Assembly (NCBI GenBank): GCA_951804945.1
Contig: OX638151.1
Location: 68,510,001 to 68,574,000, forward strand
Direction of reading: 5' to 3'
Length of the DNA stretch: 64,000 nt
Source of the DNA: Podarcis cretensis
Taxonomy: Eukaryota
Both the position numbers and the translations under genes were made by a program. This document shows positions 38,746 to 49,872 of the stretch, piece by piece; within the stretch, counting starts at the first letter, position 1, and each line of letters begins with the position of its first letter. The notes beneath the pieces are model-generated. The model searched no databases. It saw only the letters and a list, made by a program, of their open reading frames with translations, and was not told the origin of the DNA.

Positions 38746-39215
38746 AATGATAATGTATGGAAAAAATGTACATTATACATATGAAAATTTAAGTTACAAT
38801 TTTCACAGCAGTTTTGAATGTACCCATATTTTAAACATCAAACGGGTAAAATTCAAATGGAAGGGGTCACTTCTTCAAGCATCTTGATAGAATTAAAGGC
38901 TAATGTTGGAGCAAAAATGAATTGGCTGGCTGTCACTGACTTCAATGGCAAAGATTCGCTTTTTAAAAATGACCCATTTCCAGCTTTTGTTCTGATGGGT
39001 AATACTGGCCTGCAAACTACTTCATACCAAATTGTGCTAAGGTTGATAGATCTTCTCCCTTCTAAAAATGGATCTCCTGATTCCTACAGGTAAGAAGCTG
39101 ACTCTCTGCTTAATGAATGAGATTCTTCCCTGACAACTGAGTGCATACATCGGAGCCATTGGTGGCGAAGGCTTTGTATACTAGTGACTGCACCTTGAAT
39201 CTTTTTATACAAACT

Positions 39216-39420
39216 GTGTTGTATTCAATGGTGTAATTCAGCTGAGAGTAAGGCTTCCATCAGCAAAATGGGGAGAAAAGCAGTTTTTAACAACTTTCCC
39301 TCCCCCTGCAGTTTCTGTGCCCCTTTAAATCTGGAAGGTCCCCCTACATCATATTTGATTCCCTTCCTGTTCCACTGATGGAAGCCTTAGCATCAACTGA
39401 GCAACTGTTGGATACAACCC
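39216..39420. mobile_element. MITE with long imperfect terminal inverted repeats
   Basis: Termini GTTGTATTCAA / TTGGATACAAC. Perfect subterminal IR TAAGGCTTCCATCAG (39249-39263) / CTGATGGAAGCCTTA (39375-39389). Confidence 0.7.
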
Positions 39421-40224
39421 CATTTGTGTATGGCAATGGCAGCATGTGCTTACACTTGAGGACAAGGGGCTGGAAGAGAGAAATCAGCTATGTATCCTTT
39501 ATTTTCTCTTGCTGATACTGTAAACTCATTTTTCATTTTTTTTAAAAAAACCTTCTTATATTCTTGTAATGTCCTTTTGAAAGAAAATCTATAGCCTTAT
39601 CTTTAAACTCCTGTTGCTTTGTGGCCAAATGCCTGAGCAGTTTTGATGGCTTTATTGATTCATTTGCAAGCACCACAATCATACAAACAGGGCAGTTTTT
39701 TTCCACAGCAATTTAGCAGCACAAATTAGTGTGGTTGCCTTTCCTGGTCAGAATTCCTAACAAAGGTTATAAGGAATTCCCTTGTGACTTAATAGTCAAC
39801 CCATTTTGAAATGAAGGCTGATTTTTGCATTTGTTTTTGGGGCAAATATTAATTGCTCTTCAAATGGACCCTATTGATTTAATGATATCAATATGCAAAG
39901 TGTTTCAATATGTATTTGTCTCTTCTTTGTCAAGCAAAACAGCCAAAAGTTCAGACTCAGTTTAGGAAAAATAACATTATTCACACTTAAACATGCTTAA
40001 GTGCTTTAGATCTCAAAGAGAAAAATGTGACTTAAAAAAAAAAAAAGATTCAACAATGAATCCATAAATTCAAAGTCCTGACTCAAGCATTCTTACTACT
40101 TCAGTAAAATGCAACTCACCTAATTTACCCACATGTCTTTCAATAATTAAAATGGAAAGCTGGAAAGCATTTTAGTACTGTATTTTCCATGTCAATATTA
40201 GAAATATATTTAGGAAATATATAT

Positions 40225-40228
<4 letters not shown>

Positions 40229-40269
<41 letters not shown>

Positions 40270-40270
40270 G
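40229..40270. repeat. (CA)16(TA)n microsatellite
   Basis: Read directly from the sequence. Confidence 0.95.
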
Positions 40271-40736
40271 AGAATGAAATTAACCAAACTGGCCACAAGT
40301 TTGCATATCTATAATATGTCTGGTAAGAACCTGAGAAATGTTTCCCATGATTAGTAAGAGTCAAACTTACTTTTTAAAATGTGACTTTTGAATATAATTT
40401 TCTGTTGTGTAGCTGCTTTTACTTTAGCTGGCATGGGCAGCCCTGGCATGAGAGGGGTGAGGTATCTTTAATTATTTGTTCCTCACTGTGGCCCTGATCT
40501 GGATCAAGACACCTGCACTTGCTATTTGCAAGTGAGAAAAACTCACAATGGAGTATTGATAAAATGCTGGGGAAAAAATTAAAGCTATGTGTGATTAGAC
40601 AGGGTTGTTTGGCACAATATATTCTTTAGCAGTATGATTCCACAATTCTTGTGCTTTAGGCTAAACCTGAAACAATATGCTCTTTTACCCTACTATAGTG
40701 AAAGGCCACAATTAGAACACCTTATGGCAAACAAGA

Positions 40737-41101
40737 GGGACGCGGGTGGTGCTGTGGTCTAAACCACAGAGCCTAGGGCTTGCTGATCGGAAGGCTGGCA
40801 GTTTGAATCCCCGCGACGGGGTGAGCTCCCGTTGTTTGGTCCCAGTTCCTGCCCACCTAGCAATTTGAAAGCATGTCAAAGTGCAAGTAGATAAATAGGT
40901 TCCGCTCTGGCGGAAAGGTAGACGGCATTTCTGTGCGCTGCTCTGGTTCACCAGAAGCGGCTTAGTCATGCTGGCCACATGACCCAGAAGCTGTCTGCGG
41001 ACAAACGCCAGCTTCCTTGGCCTATAGAGCGAGATGAGCGTGCAACCCCAGAGTCGTCCGTGACTGGACCTAATGGTCAGGGGTACTTTACCTTTACCTT
41101 T
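40737..41101 (+). mobile_element. Sauria SINE (Squam1), subfamily A, full length
   Basis: GGGACGCGGGTGG head and (ACCTTT) tail. Perfect 15-bp TSD TTATGGCAAACAAGA at 40722-40736 and 41102-41116. Confidence 0.95.
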
Positions 41102-41114
41102 TTATGGCAAACAA

Positions 41115-41315
41115 GATTGAGGGCACAGGAGAAGGGGACAACAAAGCTACCACCATGAGTTTGACCAAACTACGGGAGGCAGTGGAAGACAGGAGTGCCT
41201 GGCATGCTCTGGTCCATGGGGTCACGAAGAGTCGGACATGACTAAATGACTAAACAACAACAACAACAACATATATATGTGTGTGTTTAAACAATACAAC
41301 AACAACAACAACAAC
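41115..41315 (+). mobile_element. Bov-B (RTE clade) LINE 3' fragment with (CAA)n tail
   Basis: CATGAGTTTGACCAAACTACGGGAGGCAGTGGAAGACAGGAGTGCCTGGCATGCTCTGGTCCATGGGGTCACGAAGAGTCGGACATGACTAAATGACTAAACAACAAC is the characteristic Bov-B 3' end. TSD ATGGCAAACAA at 41104-41114 and 41316-41326. Confidence 0.9.
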
Positions 41316-43849
41316 ATGGCAAACAAACTAAATACTGTGTCTTGTTATTAAATCAACAACCATCACATTGAGAAAAAAAGTTTGGGTGGTTTTAATGATG
41401 ATCAGCCGTCCACAAAGGAAGGTATTAGAAATGAAAAGGGCAACAATAGGAAAGAGGTAATAGAAAAGCAAATATGTAAATAAATTATAATTGGTAATAT
41501 AATGGATGCAGTTGAAAAAAGGAAGTTGTTGTTATAAGCCAAATCACTTTCACATTTTGCTGACTTATAATTTTATAAAGCACTTGCACCAGTGTAATGA
41601 GTTCTGTAGCAGAAACTGCTGTGATTAGATTGGATGTGGCAGACAGGACAAAGATTGAAATATTTGGTCATGGCGAATTTGCATAAATGAACACTAGGAA
41701 GGAAGGCTGAACTGGTGTGCCTCCTCCTTTGCCAAGGTTTTGATACATATGCTGGAGAGCAAGGGAGGCAGGGACATGCTGTGCTAATATTCAGGAGATA
41801 AAACCATGATTCATTTTCTAATGCCCCCAAACTGGCTTCTTTCATGAAAACTAATTTCACTTGAAGGAAGCAGCAAATGCATTTATCACATCAGTTCTGC
41901 ACTCACAGGGTCACACAGTCCTAGGACACCAGTAATTTGATGCTGGATAAACAAAACATTAGCTGTACTTTAGCCACCATTTATTCATACATGATATGAG
42001 AGATTCATATTACTGTGGCCTACTTTAGAGCCAAGATGAATTTGACTAGGTAACAACAAAATCTTAAATGCTTCCTATTATAATGTGCAAATCTAAAGCT
42101 GGAATCCTAGGATGAGGCATACATTGAACAGGACCATAGTAAATGCACGTGTAGACTTACAGGGCTATGAGCATTTAAAGTGGCCTGTGTTGCAGGAAAA
42201 GGCAGTTGCATTCATCATTATGATTAGCATACATCTGTATTCCTGGAGTGTTCAGCAAGATTCCTGCCACTTAGGAATTGGATTTGTGTCAGTCACTGCA
42301 TAAATTTATAAACACAACACAGACCTAAAAAGCTTTACAGTAAAGAGCCACTGGGAGAGGAGGAGACACAATGCATTTCTAAATCCACAAATGCTTTGCC
42401 CCCAATGGAATCTATGCCAGTGGGAGTCAGATGTCCAGTGTCAGTGGAGATAGGAGAGGTTTGGCTACCTCTGAAATAGTGTCCCAGAAGCAAATTGTAG
42501 CCATTCACTTGTATGGGGGGGAAGGGGTATGCTCAGAAGGATTTAAAGTGATCCCTCCTACACACAGGAGGCTGGAACAATCAAGTCCAATGCTAGGGAA
42601 GCCTCACTCCCCTATTTCCTTTAGCCATAGCAAAGAATGGTTGCTCCTCTTCAGACAGAGATGCAATGGATGCTCCTGACTACACATCTTAAGGATTTTC
42701 CCAGTAATTAACTCACTTTCCAATCTTTCTTGGAATACTAATAAAACATCATATCCTTCTACTAATGCAAGCAGCTTGTGGATACAATAAATAGAAATCT
42801 GATTGTGTATTGATACTTGAAAGCTAGAGCCATACTGGTAATGTGTGTACTGATTAGTAGAAAGAAGGGGGTGGGGGAAGAGAAGCAATTATAAAAGGTG
42901 AGAAATAAATACAGCTGGAAGTAAGAAAACCAATGAAGCTTTGGTGGATAGAAGAGAATCCACGTAGGTAGAGATAATTTAGGGGTAAAATGGGTTTATA
43001 ATAGAATGTTGCTTTTAAACTTTCAGACTCAGTTTAACAAGTACTTTAAAAAAATGCAATAGATGGATATAATGATCTTGCTACAAAGGAACTGCAATCT
43101 CTCTACTTAGGAGTGGAAAATAAATTAATTGTAATCATTTCTGAATATGTCAGATGACAAATTTCTAAAATTGAAACAGGACAATCCAATAATTATCTGA
43201 CCAAGTTCTCCAAAGAGCCAGAGTTTCTGCTCTGTGGACCTTATGGGCAAGTGGAAGCAAGAAACAAGTCTGGCGAGGCAAGCAGTTTGAAGCATGACTT
43301 TCTTAATAGGTCAGGACCCTGGGCAGCTCCCAGTGGGCCCTGCTACTTGAGCTTTGGAGTTTTCAAAGGTGGTATCTAAATCAAGAGCTGGACCCATTTG
43401 TAGCCTTATGGAGGGTAGCATGGCCTGTACTGCAGTTGCCCTGCTTCCGTAAGGAGCTGGTTGTGCTGACTTAAAGGGCTCTTGCGTAAGTATGGAGACA
43501 CTGACTTCTAGATTGTGCAAGGCATGGGAATGCTATTTGAGCTTCATTCTATGAGTCCTAGGAAGGTTCAAGAGTTAGGTCCTCTCCTGCTGAGAGGGCC
43601 CCAAGGAAGGCGTTGTTGAGGATGATCATCAAGTGGAGGAGTCTATCTGTCCTCCCTACTGGTATCTTCCTCAGTGTACTGTAAGAGGCCAGGTTTGGAA
43701 GCCATGACAAATAGACTCCCTTTATACAAGTGTATGTCAGAACATTGCCCCCCAGCAACTTAAGGGCTAGGTTCAGAGCTTCTCTGAGCTATGCCCCATT
43801 GTGATAACTCAGTGATAATAATCACTGTACAGTTCACTGTATCCTTAAG

Positions 43850-43957
43850 CTGTGATTAATGTTTTAATGTTGTAACCCACCCTGGAACCTTAGGGCAAGT
43901 GTAGGAAAACAATTATATTATCATTATCATTATCACCATCATCATCATTATCATCAT
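43850..43957 (+). mobile_element. L2-type 3' tail remnant with (ATC/ATT)n microsatellite
   Basis: TTTTAATGTTGTAACCCACCCTGGAACCTTAGGG followed by TCA repeats. Confidence 0.45.
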
Positions 43958-45819
43958 TCCAGGCTGGAATACCCAGAATCACAAGTTTTTAAAAGGCCAT
44001 TTTCTTGGCAGTTTGATGAAAGGTTCTTCCTCATCAGTTATGCAAGTCTTGAAACAAAAGCTGAATCTCACAAACGTTTGAGTCAGCTCTACGCAGTTCT
44101 TTACCATGTTGTCTTTCAAAAGAGGAAGTTTTGTGTGGGATTTTGTTCTGGCAATAAGTAAATATATGCTCTGCAAAATTGTTCTGAGAATAAACCTGGA
44201 TGAACTAATCATGAGTTATTCCAATTAGATTTAATTGGAAGGGCAGCTGGAATAAGAACTGCAACTCAGGCAATTTATATAATACAGAGAGCCTATAGGT
44301 GCCAATGCTGGAAAGATCTTGCCACAGGGCAGGGCACTTGATTATGTAGACCTTGTAGTGCTTCCCAGAATTAAGATCTTATTTTTAACATAACTGGTGG
44401 ACTGTCCCACTGTAGCGCCAGCCAACAGCCTTTAAAATATGAATTGCTATCAGGAAGATATTTCCGTTTTCAGCATGCTGGAAGCAAGCACTTAATTGCA
44501 GTTAAAAGGTGTGAAATTAGTCGGCAATCCTCCAAATGGTGTCTGTATGTGTAATTTATCACCTACTTGTAGAGGTGACTGTGTTAAAAAAATTCACATG
44601 CAAATTATAAAAATACAGGGACCAAGTTTTTAAAACTAGGCCTTCATCCTCAAATGTGAACATACATTTAAACATTGTAAACATCCAAGGAAGGATCTCA
44701 GGACCTGTGGTTTAGGTCATCTCCAGATTCAGTATTCTGGTCACCATGCATGCACAGCTAGGAATAATCCAAGGGAGCAATGATTGAGCACAGAAAGGCT
44801 ATTATGGGTCAGATGAGGCCACAGCTTGATTGGTTACCAGAGGCTGATCTGGCATAGGGCAAAAATTATCAGGCAGCCTGTCTTCTGGCTGCTTAGTCAC
44901 TCAGCCTGTCTGATGGGGACACAATGTGGGATTTGCCAAGCTCTTAAGGCCCACCATGGTGCAAGCTGCTCTTCTGGGTTCTGCCAGCCAGTTCAGTTAT
45001 GTGGGCAGGTGCTTCAAGACCTTGAGGCGCCACTCCCAACTCCCCTATGGATCTTGACCTATGTCCTTCTCCACCAAAGTTGCTTCAATAAGAAATAGGG
45101 GGGGGGGAATGACTAACACATATAAAATGTGGGGCTGACACAGTGGATGCAATTCTGTTCCCTTTTTACATGTTCAGTAACAGGGCTTAAAGCTAAAAGG
45201 ATTTCTTTATTAACCTAATTGGTACCTTCTTTTGGAACTCATTCAAGGAAAGTTAAACAGATTTACAAACTTGAATCTGTAGTCACGTGACTAGACCCTG
45301 AACCCTGGTAATTTAACAATAATAAACTTATAACCATACATAGCCAAACTTTTCTTATTTGGTGAAGAATTATGTAAAACTTTTCACCAACGCTCATTAT
45401 TTCCTGATAGAATGTGGCATCAGATAAACCAATAAGACATTAAATTGAAATCTGGTGAATGTTGTTAAGCTGATCATAAGCTGTCTCTGTTACTTGCACA
45501 TATATTGGTTTAATTATACTTTCCTTGAGTATCACAAAGAACAGAATTTCAATTCCAAATGTTAACATTTCCTCACTGACAGCCCCAAAACTTACACAGC
45601 TGTCAGGAGCAGGCTATTTTAGGCAGATAGAATAATAGAGGTTTCTACTGTATATATGAATATTTCATCTATACCTCATTAACAGTTAAAATATGATCAA
45701 TATCCTGGTGAACTCTCATTTCATCCTCCTGTTTCTTGTGCCAGGGTAAGAGGCTTGCAGAAATGTGAAAATATGAGTTTCAATATAAAATGCTGCCTCC
45801 CACATTGTTTTCCATAGTT

Positions 45820-45985
45820 TAGAAGTTGTTGTGTGTTTTCATCTGGTATTAGCTTACTGCATGTTTCAAATACTTGATTTTAAACAGTTTTTTTTAATTG
45901 ACCAATGTTATTGTTTTATTCATTTTGTAAAGTGCTTTGGGCATTTTATTACAAACAAGTGGTATAAAAATGTAGAGAAATAAAA
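45820..45985 (+). mobile_element. L2-type 3' tail remnant
   Basis: T-rich stretch ending TTGTAAAGTGCTTTGGG...AAGTGGTATAAAAAT...AAATAAA. Confidence 0.45.
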
Positions 45986-46129
45986 GTAAGTGACGTTCCA
46001 GCACAATGTAACCATCATACAGATAGACTAATCAGTGAGCCACAATTCTTTGCAGGCCCCTGTCAAACAGACACTTGTGGCAAAGCCAGTTTGTTGACAA
46101 GTGATGTGTGGAAATAGTCCCATGACACA

Positions 46130-46330
46130 GGGAGGAACCATAACTCAGTGGCAGAGTACATGCATTGCATGCAAAAGATCTCTCCAATATCCAATCTCTG
46201 GCAAGATTAGATAGCAAGAGATTTGACAAACTTCTGCCTGAAGCAGTGTTGAGTCCTTCCTAGTTAGGGCAGATAATATTAGGGTAGAATGGCAAATAAT
46301 TTGACCTGGTTAAGGCAGCTTACTATATCC
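46130..46330 (+). mobile_element. old Squam2-like SINE
   Basis: CCATAACTCAGTGGCAGAGTACATGCATTGCATGCAAAAG tRNA-like head and TAAGGCAGCTTACTAT tail, as in the 2342 and 10647 copies. Confidence 0.55.
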
Positions 46331-46874
46331 TTTCTATATCCTTTCAATGTAGTGCAACAAGGGAAGGGACAGACTACTTATGAAATGCATTTGATATTCA
46401 CTGAAAAATGACTGGAAGCATTTGGGTTTGAATGGTTCTGTCCTCTATGTCCCCAGTTTTCGGTCTAGATGCCCTCAAATTTGATTATTATTCAGTGTTA
46501 CCCTGGGTGTAAGTGGGACTCACTGAAGCTAAGAATCAAAATATGGCTCTCCCAGATTTCATTAAGTGCCCCTACCATGCCAGGCAGAGCCAAGTTAGAA
46601 GTTCCATTAAACCTTCTGTAAAATTGATATTTTTTATTGCCCAGACAGAAACAATTTTCTGGGAAGAAAACTAAGGGTTTGTTGCTTGTTGCTGTTGCCT
46701 AGAAGAAATCAAGTGAATGGGAGCATCTGGGGAAAAGGAAACAGGAGAACTTGGGCTTCTGCATGTCATATGGAGAATATTCCAGTTTATTGCAGTAGCC
46801 ATTGGAGTGGGAACAGAACAAGTAACAGTTGCCCATCCTAGATGATAAACAATATTGCAATGGTCATCTTAGGG

Positions 46875-47010
46875 CAGTGTTTCCCAACCTTGGGCCTCCA
46901 GCTGTTTTTGGACTACAACTCCCATCTTCCCTAGCTAGCAAGACCAGTGGTCAGGGATGATGGGAATTGTAGTTCAAAAACAGCTGAAGGCCCAAGGTTG
47001 GGAAACACTG
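46875..47010. mobile_element. young hAT (Charlie/URR1-like) palindromic MITE, 136 bp
   Basis: 23-bp perfect TIR CAGTGTTTCCCAACCTTGGGCCT, extending to 49/52 matches. Perfect 8-bp TSD TCTTAGGG at 46867-46874 and 47011-47018. Confidence 0.93.
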
Positions 47011-47874
47011 TCTTAGGGTACGATGGGGGAAGCACCTAGGGCATGAAACTATGGAACAGTAATCAAAATTGGACAGCAAGCAATAGGGCTATTTATGTGA
47101 CCAGTACATGATATGATCCATATTATAGAAGCTCCCTAGTGAAAAAAAGTCAAAGCTCAGAACTTGCTTTGGATTAAATATGGCAGGCACTGAAGTATTG
47201 ATGTAACAGAAAATTACTTGTACAGATTATGTCTTGTATTTGTAACCTCATGAGACCTATTCAGGCCCTTTCTTCTTTCTTTAACTTCATTTAATCTCCA
47301 TTTATGTTATTTCTTATATTATTATAGTCTAGTAATAATAGCAGTCACAGTAGCAACAGCAATAACATTATTAACAGTAATTAAATGTTTGCCCAGTAGC
47401 CAAAGGCCTTCCAGGCGCATGCACATAATTAAAATATTGATAATGTTCAATTAATTCACAACTAAAGAAATAAAAGAGATTAAAACCAGGGAAAAACTCA
47501 GATGCAGAGTCCCGGCTACACACATTAGCACAAATTTGTACCAGTAACTCTGATGGAACACAGCAAGCTACAATTTTCAATGACTGCTGGTAATTTAGTC
47601 CCAGAAAGTCTTTTTATGGACTTTAATGAAGCCTGAGAATGAAGTCCAAACCACAGTACAAGCCATAGCATAGAGCTTTTACAATTCTGACAAAAGTTCA
47701 CAGTATTTGAATATTGAAGACCTCGCTCTGTCCTGATACTATTCAGCTAAGCTATTATATACAATGACAGTTATGGAGTTCATTGTTCATCGAGACTAAT
47801 AGTCATGGAAGCCTCAGACTTGACCCAGCAGGACTGAGACATTTCTTAGGACATGTTCCATGTATAAGGTATTC

Positions 47875-48260
47875 AAAGGAATATGCTACAGTTAGCTATG
47901 CTATGGTAACATCAAGAGTGGACTATTGCAATGCACTTCACATGGGGTTGCTTTTCAGAAGCTCCAGTTAGTACAGAATGCAGATCCCCAACTCTTCAAG
48001 GAGAACAGATCTTATAACACCAATTCAAAAGGCTGATCTTGACCTATAGGACTCTTTATGGCTCAGGTCCCAATAGCTTCTGGGATGCCTCTTCTGATAT
48101 GAACATACCTGGACACACATATCTTCTTCTCTGGAAGCCCTTCTCTGGAACCCCCTCTGAAGGGTGATGACAAAAAAGAGGGCCTTTTCAGTTGGGGTTC
48201 CCTATCTGTGGAATGCTCTCCCTGGTGAGGTCTGTCTTATGCCTTTGTTGACACTTTCAA
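47875..48260 (+). mobile_element. L2-clade LINE ORF2 C-terminal fragment (decayed)
   Basis: The ORF-track peptide ATVSYAMVTSRVDYCNALHMGL matches the L2 motif (ALVTSRLDYCNAL). Downstream CAGAAGCTCCAGTTAGTACAGAATGCA (KLQLVQNA) and AGGGCCTTTTCAGTTG..CTGTGGAATGCTCTCCC (RAFSV..LWNALP). Confidence 0.85.
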
Positions 48261-49330
48261 CTCCTTGATGGGCTGAGATATTATTGTGTTACCAAAGCTT
48301 CCTGTTGCGCTCATAGGAGGTTGAGAGTATGGGGAAATATGCATACAAGACACACACTTTTGTGATCATCAGTTCTTTTGAGAGCCGATGTGGTAGTTGT
48401 GCTTCCATCCCATATGGGAGCACTTGTTTCAAACAACCAGTGAAACTTATTTTTGAGTTAATACGTATAGGAATGCATTGTTAAACATTATGCATTTCAC
48501 TGATAGCATGGGATTTAATGCAACTACAGGAGATGGTCTTCTGAAGAAGGGTTAAATAATTCAATAATATATAGCAATTATTACTGCAGAATGTTGGCAT
48601 GCGGGGGAGGGGGGGTTGACCAATAGAACTTTATGGATGAGAATGCAGGTTTTATTAGGCTTGTTATAAATTTTCTGAGTAATATTTAGAGATAACAAAA
48701 ATTCCTTTATTGTCAAATTTTGATGGCAGCTCTAATATAAATGGAAAATTAAATCATAGCTGAAATATTGGCACTCCTGTATCTCATTTTGTATGTATGC
48801 ATTCTGTACCTTAACAAAAGACCTTAACAAAAGCGTTCCTAGGCATCAGCTTATATAATCTAATGCTACACATTAGCAGCACATGACAATCCCTGCCACT
48901 TCAGAGAAAGGAAAGAAAAATTACTGAAAATTAAAGGAAGTTGCTGGGGAACCTTCTTGACCTCAGCTGGTATCTACAGCAGCAACAGGTTTTGCAGTTG
49001 CACATTGCTTAAGGATGAATCGTTTTAAAATGTGAGGCTAAATTAAAGCTATTTGATATGTAGCCACACAGAGGGAAGGTTTCTCATTCTACAGTCACTG
49101 GTGATGATATCCTTGCAAATGAGAAACAAACTACCAGATAGCTAGAAAGTATTATTCCCTGTGATCGCTGCTGGAAATGAGTTACTCGGTTCTTATCATA
49201 GAAGCATTTGGGGTTTGGCATAGTATACTGAACCTTTCTTACATTTCATGGCCTTTTGACTCTACTGTTGAATTCTTTTTCCCCTCCGTACTCATGTGTG
49301 TATATATATCTGCCAAGAGAAGACAACACT

Positions 49331-49423
49331 TGGTGCATCTGACAGTGTGCTGTGGACCGTGAAAACTTATGACACAATAAATCTATTAGTCTTTAAGGTG
49401 CCACAAGATTATTTGCTGTTTTG
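49331..49423. mobile_element. Penelope-like element terminal fragment
   Basis: GCATCTGA...GAAAACTTATGACACAATAAATCTATTAGTCTTTAAGGTGCCACAAG resembles the recalled reptile Penelope/Neptune terminal sequence. Confidence 0.65.
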
Positions 49424-49787
49424 ACTTCTGAAATATGTTCTATGTGCATCCATCTGATGTCATTTCAAGTAGCCACTATCTGTTCTAGTGCAAGAAATCA
49501 CATTTTCATGCTTATCAACAGTATTGTTGAAAATGTGAAATATGAAAAAATGCTTAATTCCTAAAGGGAGGGCAATTATTCTATATTTACCACACACACA
49601 TACACGTTTGTATGTCACTTTTCATTTTGAAAAATGATCACAAAGCAGTTTCTAGAAAAAGAACAAACAATAGAGTTCACTCAGTAGGTCAGAGAGCTGA
49701 TTTAAAACTGCCTTGCCACATGACATTCACATTCACCGAGAGCAAGTTATTGCAGCTGCAGATCTAAAGGGCATCTAGCACATTGGC

Positions 49788-49872
49788 GTTGATATCAAAC
49801 TAAGTCATAGGCAATGTATGTCCATAGATTCCAATAGGGCTGTTTTGAGTATGACTAACTTTTGATATCATC
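49788..49872. mobile_element. short palindromic MITE
   Basis: Imperfect inverted arms GATATCAAACTAAGTCATA ... TATGACTAACTTTTGATATC. Confidence 0.55.
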
